From positions 1 through 64,000 of the forward strand of contig NW_026862604.1 in NCBI RefSeq assembly GCF_026571515.1: a DNA stretch of 64,000 bases, given 5' to 3'. The notes beneath the pieces were generated by a model. That model saw only the letters and a program-made list of their open reading frames with translations. It did no database searches and was not told where the DNA came from. The stretch comes from Ruditapes philippinarum. Taxonomy: Eukaryota. The translations under genes and the position numbers were made by a program. Below are positions 13,201 through 24,869 of the stretch, one piece after another; the first letter of the stretch is position 1, and each line of letters opens with the position of its first letter.

Positions 13201-15249
13201 TTTATTGATATCAAGGATGGCGGACGATGTTTCCACATTATGGAGATTTATTATACTACTGCTTAGGAACTAAACCGGAAAGTTGAGCGCACGAAGTTTG
13301 AAAGGTTAAGTCAGCCTTTTAAACGTTTTATTATCCGATTTGAGCTGGCTAATACAAACGTTGCTTTATTCTATGTCAAAATCAATGTGTTAACTTAAAA
13401 CTATAGTAACTGTGTCTAATTACAAAAATTATAGATCGAGCATAAAAAGTAATAAAATATATTCAAATAACCATTAATGCATGAAATAAATAGACTGGAG
13501 TCAATGTTCGCCAGTGGTTAATATTTGCTCCAAATAGTGTTGATTTACCCTTTGTAAATATACTATGATTCTAGCAAATATATACAATTATTATATAAAA
13601 AGGAACGATACAGTGTTTAGTAATAGAAAGAGCATCGAAACACGAGACTTTCTGATTTGCACGAGGGGGCGTAGCGAGTAGTTTTGGTGTTCTTTTCTCT
13701 TTTGTATCATAGATTCAAACATGAAAACACGTTCGTTGTTGTCACAATATGAAACCCCAGAAAAAAAAGTAACCAATGAACGAGCATCTGAATATCATAT
13801 ATCTGTCGCGTTTCCTTTCTCTGCCGTTCCTACAATAAGTAAGCAGCAAAAAATGAACCAATCAATGGGCGTACTAATACCTGCATTCCAGTTAACGCAC
13901 TGTGCACGTATATGTCTTACGATTTATCTCTGACGCATTTTCAACAGGAAAAAGGTCCCCAAACTATGATACAATTTTCAGCTTAATGACACTTTGACCA
14001 CGTGAGAGAACGAGAAACCGTCTATCTACCGCATACTGATTATTGCTCACCTGTACGGTCAGTACACTTCCCATTTGTCAAGTCCCTGTATCTTCCATGT
14101 CTTGCTTGCCGGTGCATCTTCAGAGTCATAGTATAATGTTCTATAACCTGCTAACCTGCTCAAGGATAATAACATTGATTACCTTTTTACCGTTTAGAGT
14201 ATCTACAATCATGACAAAAATCAGTATAACCGGTCCAGTATTTTCTACATTAACATTATCATGGTATTACGACATGAATGATACAACAGCCTACGATAAC
14301 TTACAATAACAATAAACGATAACGGGTATTTTCTACAACTGACAATTACATTTGGCTTACACGTATTTATACTTTCAAACATTACAGTACGTTTTCACAA
14401 TGACATAAATATACCAGTACAGTATTTCTTACAATAACAATTCATATACCAGTACAGTATTTCTACAATAACACTTCATATACCAGTACAATATTTCTAC
14501 AATGATAATACATATACCCGTACAATATTTTACAATGACATTTCATATACCAGTAACAATATTTCTACAATGACAATACATATATCAGTACAATATTTCT
14601 ACAATGACAATACATATACCCGTACAATATTTCTACAATGACATTTCATATACCAGTCACAATATTTCTACAATGAAAATACATATACCAGTACAATATT
14701 TTTATAACTGACGATACATTTATCGGAAGGGCATTTTTACAATGACAATATATATAAACAGTATGGTGTTTGTAAAATGACAATATATATACCATTACGG
14801 TATTTATACAATGACAATACACACTATACATTATATAACGGTACAATATTTCAACAATGACGAAACATATACCAGTATGGTGTTTGTATATTGATCATAC
14901 ACATATTCATTTCCGGATAATTTCTTAGAATGGCAATACATTAATGTATTTCATGCAAGACAACTAAAGGTAAAGTTCGGGTTTTTTTTTTATTCCTGGA
15001 CAATAAAATGTGTACGTTTTTAAAATATATGTCTTATGTTATTTATAAAATATTAAATATAATAATGTATAGTTGCACCATGTCTAATATCATAAAACAT
15101 TTCGGATTACCATTTATTTATATCTTTGTTACTTTTAAAGTAAAATGCTTTCGTTTAATAAAAAGAACATTTCTTTCAGATACACATATTCTTGCTCCGG
15201 CATCGTTTTATCCGAGCAATTGCATCAACTGTACGTCACACACGTGTAA
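7259..15249 (+). CDS. Pancreatic lipase-related protein (secreted alpha/beta hydrolase + PLAT), 8 coding exons: 7259-7604, 11040-11268, 11606-11725, 12172-12305, 12594-12829, ~13187-13304, ~13982-14165, ~15180-15249
   Basis: Signal peptide [17 protein letters not shown]; CYTDLGCF; KVLIHGY; NVIIVDW; nucleophile [10 protein letters not shown]; RITGLDPA (catalytic Asp); [11 protein letters not shown]; DFYPN..QPGC; CSH (catalytic His); PLAT exons. Splice sites and phases are consistent for exons 1-4. There is one extra T in a homopolymer near 7504-7508 and many indels in exons 4-8, probably sequencing error, since copy 2 gives clean versions of exons 5-8. Confidence 0.85.
7705..9660 (-). mobile_element. 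Decayed DIRS-type (tyrosine-recombinase class) retrotransposon in lipase intron 1: gag remnant ~9000-9660, RT remnant ~8230-8680, terminal inverted structure 7705-7977
   Basis: Manual minus-strand translation gives [53 protein letters not shown] and [23 protein letters not shown] (DIRS RT signatures HFKME, DAYYSVPI, FTKLLKP, YIDD). The gag-like segment reads [25 protein letters not shown]. Inverted pair ttaagctagacttacctg...caggtaagttagcttaa. Outer boundaries are approximate. Confidence 0.8.
9983..10200. mobile_element. ~215-bp palindromic MITE, family A, copy 3
   Basis: tgagccggtgtcatgacaaaaaccaacataatggg...cccactatgttggttttgtcatgacgcgtctca. Confidence 0.8.
10545..10700 (+). mobile_element. 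Degenerate tRNA-derived SINE head
   Basis: ttgccgagtggtcaacacgtcgg (A box) ... gtgggttcaaaccccg (B box); no full cloverleaf. Confidence 0.45.
14190..14945. repeat. 34-bp minisatellite in lipase intron 7 (copy 1)
   Basis: Unit caatgacaatacatataccagtacaatatttcta in tandem; paralogous arrays at 27915 and 53205. Confidence 0.85.
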
Positions 15250-15679
15250 GTATTCAATTAGTTGTTACATAATTATGCAATAGATCACTACGACTTTCTG
15301 GTCCATTTTTTATGTTTGAAAAAATAGAATAAAAAATAAATTGTGTAAGTCAGTATTAATTGTTTACTGAATTCTATCATTGGCGAAATTTAAAGATATA
15401 ATTAAGTTGGACACATCTCATTGCTGGTGATATAACAAAATGTTCACCTGAGACAAGCGATGTTTACGAGGAGAACATTTCATCCTATTATCATCAGTGA
15501 ATATGACATTTATTTTATTATACCAATTACAAGCTTATACAAATAAATGTTCAAGGTCGAGATCTCAAACATTGCTACTAGTAGTATATTGTAAATAAAT
15601 CCTATGAGGCATAAAAGTAAGACCTATCATTTAGGTAGCAATGAACTCAATTAAGGTAAACGTTTTTTTTTATAATAAC

Positions 15680-15862
15680 ACATGGTCGCTGACTTCTGAA
15701 CCTCTTGACCCTCACCCCTGTGGTTTCGAATCTCGTCAGGTTATTCGAATTAAAAAAAAAAAAATCTGAATATTGTTCTGCTTAGGATCCCGTACGTGCA
15801 TGAATTGATGCAGGAGGGGCACCTAAGGTTTTCCTCTGCTAGTTTTGGAAAGTGGCCTATAT
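15680..15862 (+). mobile_element. Degenerate Meta-type SINE in the duplicated unit (paralogues ~29521-29715, ~29820-29945, ~55347-55530)
   Basis: ggtcgctgacttc..gtggtttcgaatctcg..gaggggcacctaaggttttcctctgc..tggaaagt; similar to the reverse complement of the younger SINE at 23978. Confidence 0.6.
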
Positions 15863-16533
15863 GTAATCAATACTTGTAATATGTAAAATGAACTATATCT
15901 ATTATTTTCATTCTTTATGAAATTTTACTTAAATAATTTTCTTTATGATCTTTTAATATTAATTTCCAAGTTTGTTTCAGCGCTAAAGAGAGGTATTTTA
16001 ATTCGTCATCTTAAAGCATCTTACACAATTTTGACACATAAAGTTAATAATCATTTCATTGTCTGCATGATTTATATTTGGAAAAGGAAATGGTATTCGT
16101 TTCACAAATGTTTTGCTACACAATCTGCGATCTTTAGATTATTAATTCATGGTAATAGAGCGGTGTTCATACCGTTTATCATTTATACACTCACTTATAC
16201 AAGTACTATTGATATATTAGACGTTTTGCTATCGTACCATAATGTGTTACTTATACTGTTATTTTAAGGTTAGTTAAGGGAGATATTTATAGAAACGACA
16301 GATAGTTGGTAAGTTGACATTAATTTCGTTAATCATGAATTTTAAGTATATAGAATTTGTGGAATACATAGGTTGATTATTTTTTAATAACTATTGCTTA
16401 TATAGCTTATCGAGTTCCAGTGAGGTGTTTTAATTGCATTTTGTATACAGAGAACATTTATAACAAGATTATTTTATTTATATGGATAAACCCTTACCAT
16501 ATATTTACAGCACTGATTTTAACGATCTCAACA

Positions 16534-16692
16534 TATATTAAACCTAACTCCCAGTGAACCAGGAAGTGTAAATAAACTTCTTTTTCACGAAGTCACACTG
16601 ATAAAACATCTGCAGAAAAAAGAGGTCAATATATTTGTCGTGTGTACATAATATGTCATTTGACTTGATTTTATTTGCGAATAAACCTACAG
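16534..16692 (+). promoter_or_regulatory. Putative promoter and non-coding first exon of TRIM-like gene 1
   Basis: Block tattaaacc..tcccagtgaaccaggaagtg conserved at ~31020 and ~55890, and diverged at ~39690. It ends in cag|gtaagatt at 16692, 39836 and 56004. Matching acceptors lie just upstream of each ATG (19695, 32280, 40720, 57588). Confidence 0.6.
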
Positions 16693-16890
16693 GTAAGATT
16701 GTATGTTGATATGTATTTATATATCACTAGTTTGTCACGTTTTCTTGTACTGAAACGATTCAGATAGATATTACTTTATTAGTTAGTGATTCTGCTTTGT
16801 CAGCCATGTTTGTTTTCACGAAGTCTGTCCAAAATGAAAAAGTAGGCCAAAATTCATATAACAAGAAAAGATTACAATGTAAAATGTAGA

Positions 16891-18582
16891 TTAAGGTCTT
16901 CAGCGTACCCGTTTATATATATGTCATGACGTGAACGCTGAAGATAACCCCGTAGAGGAAAGTCCACCAATAATCGTGCCAGGAATCTGACACGCTCGTA
17001 TTTATTTATCGAACATGCCACGAAGTAAAGTGAAGCATACCTTGATTAAACGATATATAATCTGTTGATAAGCCAAGGATGGACAAATAAAAATCTTATT
17101 AGGAACATAAACTACCTAATAGTTTCCGACAGGTAAAAATTTCGGCACTTGGCCGCCATCTTGCCAAAATGTTTGACCACGTGATTACGAGATTGACCTT
17201 TAGGAACCCATGTGCCTCCAATATTTTTATAGATTACTTTTTTTTAAGATGTTGAAAAAGGTTATTTACTGACTGTTATATTCAATAAAATCATATTTAA
17301 ATACTAAAAAATTTATGAAAATAAATAAAAACATTATTTTGAATAAAAATATCGAAATCATGTCAACAAAATGTTCTAAATATAGTACACAACTCTATTC
17401 AAATCTGTTCCCGCAAATGACGTCATACGAGGTCTCGCGTCACTTGAATGTCATGCTTACTTCGGGTGAAACATGATGTTTACAGTTAAATAGCAATTTT
17501 AATGACCAGGTATTTAATATTTCATTACTCTGAATTGCGTTATTTAGAACATATTTAATAATTGTTTCCGTAAAATGCACAAAGAATGATCGGGTAAGTG
17601 TATTGCAATGAAAACAAGATAAATCACACTTATGTATTCTGTAGTTTTCGTAACGGGGTCTTATCACAAACTTTAATGCCGCATCTGATGAAAAACAAAA
17701 ATGTTAAAAAGCGGCTTATAAAGTTTTGGAAGCCAGAACTATGTAAAATGATGACCATTTCAAAGTGCACTTCAAGGTCTATGTTTAAAAGACTATTGAA
17801 AACTGAAATAAAAATGATAACACAAGAATATTTACCTTGAATGTGATACATTTCCGAAGATGATCTCTTGTCAAGTTTTATACACATTTCATGAATGGCA
17901 AAATCCAATTTAGTGTCTGTTTTAGTGCAGACGAATGCTAGTTTTTGCACCTTAATATCAGATAAAATTGTTCTTTATTGTCCATGTATATGTTGCCTTT
18001 ATCTTTTCACACAAGTTATTAGGCCTCAAATAGTGAAAAATGTCCTGTTTGGGCCCCAAACACATGTTTTCGTTTGAGAAATGTTAGTAAAAACTGATCG
18101 CTTTTTCGGCGCCACCCCCATCTAAAAGGTAGATCACTCGGGTTGCCAGAAGGGGGATTTGCCCCCTTCTGTTTTTATTTTTTTTTTTGAGGGGGGGGGG
18201 GAAGGGGGCGGTGGTCCCCCTCATTGCCAGGAAAATTTTGGACTTGTGACAGGTCAATCATAAGGTACCGTGTAACCAAAGCTGAAAAGCCTTTGACTCT
18301 GTCTGAATTTATTGAGAAGTTGCAGCACTTTGAAACAATTTTGTTACAAAAAATCACCACAAAATAGTGATTTTGGCAATTTTGAGATGTCCCCTAGTTG
18401 CCATGGTAACAGAAAATTTAAGACTGAACCTGCTGTTGCAAAGGCAATGGTCCAGTCAACATTTGTGCCAAGTTTCATTGATATTGAAACAGGTTTTATA
18501 CTTTTATAGCAATTTGAGCTTGTAACGGCAGACTTTTCAATGAAAACAGACATTTTTCACAAAATGCTCATAAAGTAATGGG
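16891..18582. mobile_element. Two unclassified repeat-like insertions (~16891-17955 and ~18020-18582) in the 5'UTR intron of TRIM-like gene 1
   Basis: Absent from the paralogous intron of gene 5, where 56930-57050 matches 17953-18020 and 18583 onward. The first is bounded by ttaaggt...accttaa. Confidence 0.4.
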
Positions 18583-19778
18583 TTAAACTCAAATTATAAT
18601 AAAATAATCTCCCGTTGACACACCGTTGCGAATTTCATACCTTGTATATTGTAACACATAGTAATTCGGTACTGGCATTATATTTTGTTGTTTGGTATCA
18701 GGGAATTCCAGTTTTTGATATCACATTGACATTTACTGGCCAGTAAAGGTCTGAACCCTTTGTTAAACTTAAGTAATAAAAGACAAACAACTGTGTTAGA
18801 ACTCAAAGATTTTGAATTTTTTAAAAAATAAGTATATTCCCAAACAGTTGATTTTATTCGCTCAATAACATCACTTTTGAGTTCGATTGCGAGGAATTAT
18901 CACAGGATTTGGGATTATTATTTCTTCTAACCGACTCAAAAATCAATGTTCACGTTCCTGATATTAGCAAAATTGGCGCCTGATTTGTTTCCACGTACTT
19001 ATTTCGAGCGAAGTTGAGTTTTTTGTTATCAGGACCTTTATAATGATTACGTCACCCATGTCTAAATTATAGAACGTTCAAACTGGTGACCTCTGTTGCA
19101 TAATAACACACACTTTCGGTTCTTCTATGTTCAATAGGGAAAATGCGGGTCGTGTTGGAATACTCAAATAAAATTGATTACAATATTTATGGTCATATAA
19201 AGAAATGATTTTTATAACTAGATGAGAAGAAAGTGTAAATTATGAAAAGTGTATTAGTATATAAAACTTTAGCTAAATAGTATTTACATACGAGTAGACA
19301 CAATGAGTTGTCTGATAATCAGGAACATGTCAGATATAGAGACAACTTTTGTACTTTAAAGTGCAACCTGTAATGTAATTACACACCAAAACGTTTTAAA
19401 TATTTTAACAGAAGGTTAGTGTTATAATAAAGTATCAATAACATATAAAAGCAAAACAAAAACAAACAAGCAAACAAAAAACTTAAATTTTAATAAAAAG
19501 ACCATAATGGTTCAAATTTACATCATCTAAAATTTAAATCATATATTTCTAATTTGAAATGAATGAATTGAGTTTCTTGGAATATTAGTGATTCAGTCAC
19601 GAAAAAGAGGTGATTGTCATCGTAGCATGACTTCATGTTTTACCACGATTGCATTGAACAAATTCAAATATTGTAATTCTCTTTCCATTTTTCAGAAATG
19701 GATAAAGAAACAGACACCGAAGGAAGTGGGTCATGAAAAAGTAATTTGACTAAATAAAGTTCAAACATAAGATAAGAC

Positions 19779-21588
19779 ATGGAGGTCCCTGGAAGAACAC
19801 AAGACAGTCCAACAAAAGATAGTGCAGGGAGGTCTTTGAGTGGAGAAAGAACAATATTTTGTCAACCATGTAGTAGTGACGGCGATACGATAGGTGCCAT
19901 AGGATACTGTCAAAATTGTAATGAGTATCTATGTGCAGTGTGTCTAAAAGTTCATCGCAAGCAAGCCGTGTCAAGAAATCATATTATTCTGGACGGTGAC
20001 AATATGCCTAAAGTTACAATTCCGGCTGTAACCACAAACGCTTGTTCTGATATATGTACCAAACACGTAAATGAAATTGTAAAATATTTCTGCATGTCAC
20101 ATGATGCGGTGGGTTGTGGAGATTGTATGATCATTGATCATAAATCCTGTAAAATTGATCGTATACAAGATATATCTACAGAATATTTCAATGGCACTGA
20201 ACACCAAAATATACTAAAAAAGGTAAAGCAGTTTGTTAAAGATATGGATGAAATAAAAGGGGAGCTACAAGCCAGCGAAGGGAATACGAGACAAGCATAC
20301 ACACAAGCAATTAAAGATGTCAAAGCATTCAAGAAAGAAATCATAGATTATCTTAACAAGGCAGAAAGTGAAATGCTGGAAATGATAAATGAAAGAAAAA
20401 AGAAGAATGAGATGATGATACAGGAACTACAGCAAGCAGAAAGTCGTATTAGAAGAAATATTAAAGAAATACAGACGAAATTACAGCTACAGGTAAACCA
20501 AGCGAATGAGTTGTTTGTTGAAGCAAAACAAGTAAAAGCAAAGCTTATTGATTTTGAAGAGAAAATCTGAATTGTTTTTAAAAAAAGACACCAGCATTGA
20601 TGTATATGAGTTTCAACGTTCCTCCACATGAGCAATTGGCCAAGTCTTGTAGACCACTACGGTGACATAGTTGATCAAACAGAACAAGAAGGTCGAACAC
20701 GTGGTATCAAAATACGATCATCTTGTTTCTAGCAAAGAAATAACAGATCACACTGGTTTAGACAGGAAGAGCATTTCTGAAATGGACTTATTTTGATTGT
20801 GAGATTTAACATTAAACACAAGATGATTCTTCCGATTGCTTTTTGCAAGTTGTGCATTGATTTGCCCAAGTCAGATTATAGTCACAGATAGGAATAATAA
20901 ATGTGTGTTAAACTTAGTTGATGTCAATAACAAACAGTTTCAAAGTACAATCTTAAGTATTGTCCATATGGTCTGTAGCAGTAGTAAATCCCCAATCTGG
21001 TTGCTTGACATTTCATGATAATAGGAAGATACAATTTTTCACCATAACACAGGTTATAAAATCAGTGAAATTGACATGAATCAATGTCCGTACAGGTTGT
21101 AAGAAAATTGCAATCCATGAAGATAAGATTATTGGTATAACCGACACGAGTGTTGAGATTATGAGCATGAGCGGACAACTGATAAAATCTTTATCTCATC
21201 CAAATATGAAATGGTTAATTGATATTGCTGTCATACCAAGCTCACAAATCTTTTATGTCAGTAATCACTTAAGTGTTTTGATGTTTTCAAGTTCGATTTT
21301 GATGGCAATCTGATAGCAACATACAAGGACAAGGATCTGGTAGATGTGAGAGGATTAGAAGTAACAAGAGACGGTACAGTGCTTGCGTGTAACTGGACTG
21401 GAGATGGCAGTATTCATATGATTACTCCTGACTGTAAAAAGATCAAAGAACTCAAGGATAGTAGACATGTAAGATATCCATTGTGTGTTACGTACTGTAA
21501 TAAAACAAATAAACTTTTTGTTGGAAACTATGAGAATAACCTTGACAAGAAGTTCAGAAACGTTTTGAAAGTTTTTCAATTAAGGTAG
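19779..21588 (+). CDS. RING-less TRIM-like protein 1 (B-box1, B-box2, coiled coil, NHL-type propeller); multiple frameshifts after ~20560 (sequencing error or pseudogene)
   Basis: CQPC..YCQNCNEYLCAVCLKVH..H and CTKH..FCMSHDAVGCGDCMIIDH. Colinear with the intact 603-aa paralogue at 57672 through to VLKVFQLR*. Indels are scattered 1-2-bp events. Confidence 0.8.
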
Positions 21589-23977
21589 ATTTTTATTCCA
21601 TATGAAATCAATGGTCTGATGCAAACAGAAATGGACAAAACATAAATGATATACTAAATATACATTTATTCATTACATTAAACAATTGTACAGATGTTTT
21701 ATAAATAATAAGGCACGATCTTAAAATGACATTGTCTTAAGAAAAACAGAACAAAAAAAACAAATTTAAACAACAGAAGAAAATATATTAAAGAATTTAT
21801 TAGCGTTACATACATGTATATACAGTAATACATAAACAGTGCATATCTGCATATAATGTTGGACATGTGCTTTTATTATTTCATAATTTATTGCATTATT
21901 TACCAGGTAAGTAATCATGACCTTTTATATGATGGATAAGACAAAATGTGCGCTTCAATAACAAATTCAGATCTGCATATGATAGAACAATATCTTTATA
22001 TAGGCCAATGATTATTAGCATTTCAGTGATGTCTTAAATATTACTTTGTATTCCTACAAAACTGCTTGTACTCCCTGCTGGTCTTTTGCTTGCGTTGCCT
22101 CATGAAGAAAGAAAGGAATTTCAAACTATTAGGAGAAACAGTCAAATTCCGAAGTACATTATGTTTAAATCCAATGTAGTAAATAGTAGTAAAATAGAGT
22201 GAAATAAGAATCCCTAAAGAAAGCCCAACGTCGCAACTGCAGGCTCGGTTTGATTGAGCCTGTTCATGGACGATACTGTCAAGTGCAAACTACCGTCCAC
22301 GCCCCCTAGCACCGGCTTAAGCAGAATTCAACATTTAACATATACTGGTAAAATTTAGAATTTTGAAACAAACCTTGTAATTTCAAAAGTATTTAAAAAA
22401 AACGACCCTGAAAATATGACTAAATTTCAAAGTAATAATTAGAAATAACTTAGTAATAAAGTATTAAAAGGACAGTATATTTATATCTGAATCAAATTTG
22501 AGTTTAATGAACTTTTTGAACTAGAATATTTATAAAATATTCCGTGGCAGATAAGATGATATATGTTTACAAAAAAGCACTTATTTGGAACCAAGTTTGT
22601 CATAGAACACTTAAAGCTTTGAACATAACGAAATGTTTCACTTAGAACTGAAATGTTTAGCTAAATCAAATCACTAGTGAAGTCCTGACAACTTTTTCCG
22701 AAAACAAAATATTTTAGAAGCCTTCAATTTGGCAAAATAAAATGTTTCTTTTAGCACTGACAGTTAAGTCCAAATTTAATAGACACTAAGTCTTATCTAT
22801 TTTGTTATACGTTATTGATCATGTGTTTCACAAAGCATTGTTTGTTTTTATCTACATAAATCGTTTGAACCACAGAATCTAGTTTTATCTGATATGTGAT
22901 GCCTTTAGAAGAACATGTTCCGTTTTCTGTATGCCTGATTATGAAGAAACACTCTTCTTATTTTTATCACTAGCAAAGCAATTCCAGATACGTATTGTTT
23001 CATCAGCAGCAGCACTTGCAACCATAGTGTTATCTGGTGACATTGCTAGGTTAAGGACACGAGCCTTATGACCTGAAAGAAAAACCATGAAAATAAAATA
23101 TTCAGGTTGTGTTTGTACTTTGTTTGATCCGCTAAAGAAGACTTCCTCTTAAGTTATAGAAACGAAAAAAAATTGTAAGATAAAATAAGACTTTTGCATT
23201 AGTAAAACACGAATAAGAAAATAAAGAATGAAGCAACAGTGAAATTTGTTCTACCTCAAACTATGAACTTGTTAGGTCACGGATGAGGATGACAACCACA
23301 TGTTTCAATAATTGAACCAAATTCTGATAATCTGCATAATATCCATACTGCAACCTGTCTGATTTCATGTTTCTTAAAGATAATCCAAGAACTTTATGAA
23401 TTATCACCAGATTCAGTTTTTGAGGTCTGGGTGAAAAAAAGACCTATTGTCCCCACCAGTAGGTAACCAGTTTTGTTTGTTTGTTTGATTTTACGCCTTT
23501 TCCCAACAGTATTTCAGTCATATAGGCGGGTAGTTTCCTAACCATCGTTCCTGGTGAGTTACACCAGTACTAGACTATCTTCCTCCGCTAGGGAACCAGT
23601 AAACTAACAAAACATTTCAAAGACAGCATACCTTCAAGATCAGTAACTTTTGTGAGATCTGGATATTTCCAGATGGACAGCTGATTTTGTGAGAAGCCAT
23701 GTCCTGATATCAATTCTTTATACTCCTTTGACCATAAAATAGCACATACCTAAAATTTCAATGTACACATATAACATCAATTCTATATTTTAAAAAATTC
23801 AAGCTATTTGATAATTATTGCTGTTAAAGTTTTCAACATGATTATCTTAAGGTAATTAATTAAAAAATATAATCATTTAGTAATAATTAATTATCAAATC
23901 ATGTTTGTTTAATTGATAAAAATAAAACTGTCACATGTTTAATATACATGTACAAGAGTGTTCATCACTGATCACAT

Positions 23978-24252
23978 TTTGTTTGTTTTTATTTGGTTTT
24001 ACGTCACACCGACACAGTAAAGGTCATTTGGCGACGTTCCAGCTTTACTGGTGGAGGAAGACCTCATGTGCCCTTCCGTGCATTATATCAGGCCCCAACG
24101 GGCACCTGAGTAGAACCACCGACGTTCCGTAAGCTAGCTGGATAGCTTCCTCACATGAAAGAATCCAAGTCCCTGTCGGAATTCGAACCCCCAGCGGTGA
24201 GGGGCAAGTGGCTTGAAGTCAATGACCTTAACCACTCGGCCACGGACGCACC
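23978..24252 (-). mobile_element. Full-length tRNA-derived Meta-type SINE with 13-bp target-site duplication
   Basis: TSD tcactgatcacat at 23965-23977 and 24253-24265. Minus strand: gtggccgagtggttaaggtc (A box), ggggttcgaattcc (B box), gcttacggaacgtcggtggttctactcaggtgcccg..ggtcttcctccaccag..aagctggaa core, and an (aaac) tail. Confidence 0.88.
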
Positions 24253-24869
24253 TCACTGATCACATGTATCACCTGATGATACCCAGTTCTGTAGTTGTAT
24301 TGAGTAGTGATTTGTTGGAAATTTAAATGCCCGTATGGATATTTGAATGTTTTCTATAATATGAAGTAAAAACAAATACCCAAAAATCATGAATGGGCCA
24401 AAAACACCTTTTTAATTCATGGGCCTTAGGATTTCATTCACATTGCAGAAGAAGTGGTTTGAAAAACATTATTCATTTGTGAATTCATACCTGAGATTAA
24501 GCATCAACAGAGGACAAATTGCTTCCAGTGTTCACATTCCATATCCTAATGTGCCTGTCAGCAGTGCCTCCACCACTAGCAAGAATATTTGGTTGCCATG
24601 GACACCAAGAAAGAGCCTGAAATGTAAATTAGAGGGTTTTTTACTATGGTATATAAATTGTATTTATTTCAGGCACTGTTGCAAAATATACACAATTATA
24701 AAAATGTCTAAATTAAAGTTACGAAAATTTTGTTTTTAGAGAGATTCGTAACAATTAATCTAAAGGTTCATGAATCATATAAAGAGGCCAAGAAATAATT
24801 TCTTCCATTTATATACTTTGAGCTGACTTGATTAGTTTAGACAAAGAAAATAAACAATATCCTTATAAT

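Noticed and set aside
20138-20635. Antisense ORFs recurring over each TRIM copy (e.g. 32680-32886, 58031-58486)
   Set aside because: Shadow frames of A-rich coiled-coil codons; they recur only because the sense gene is duplicated.
21805-21825. TGTATATA Pumilio-like elements in TRIM 3' regions
   Set aside because: Expected by chance in this AT-rich sequence and not kept in all copies.
24170-24252. tRNA gene (also 10545-10610 and 6200-6290)
   Set aside because: A/B boxes run into SINE body and tail, with a TSD at the 24-kb copy; no complete cloverleaf.
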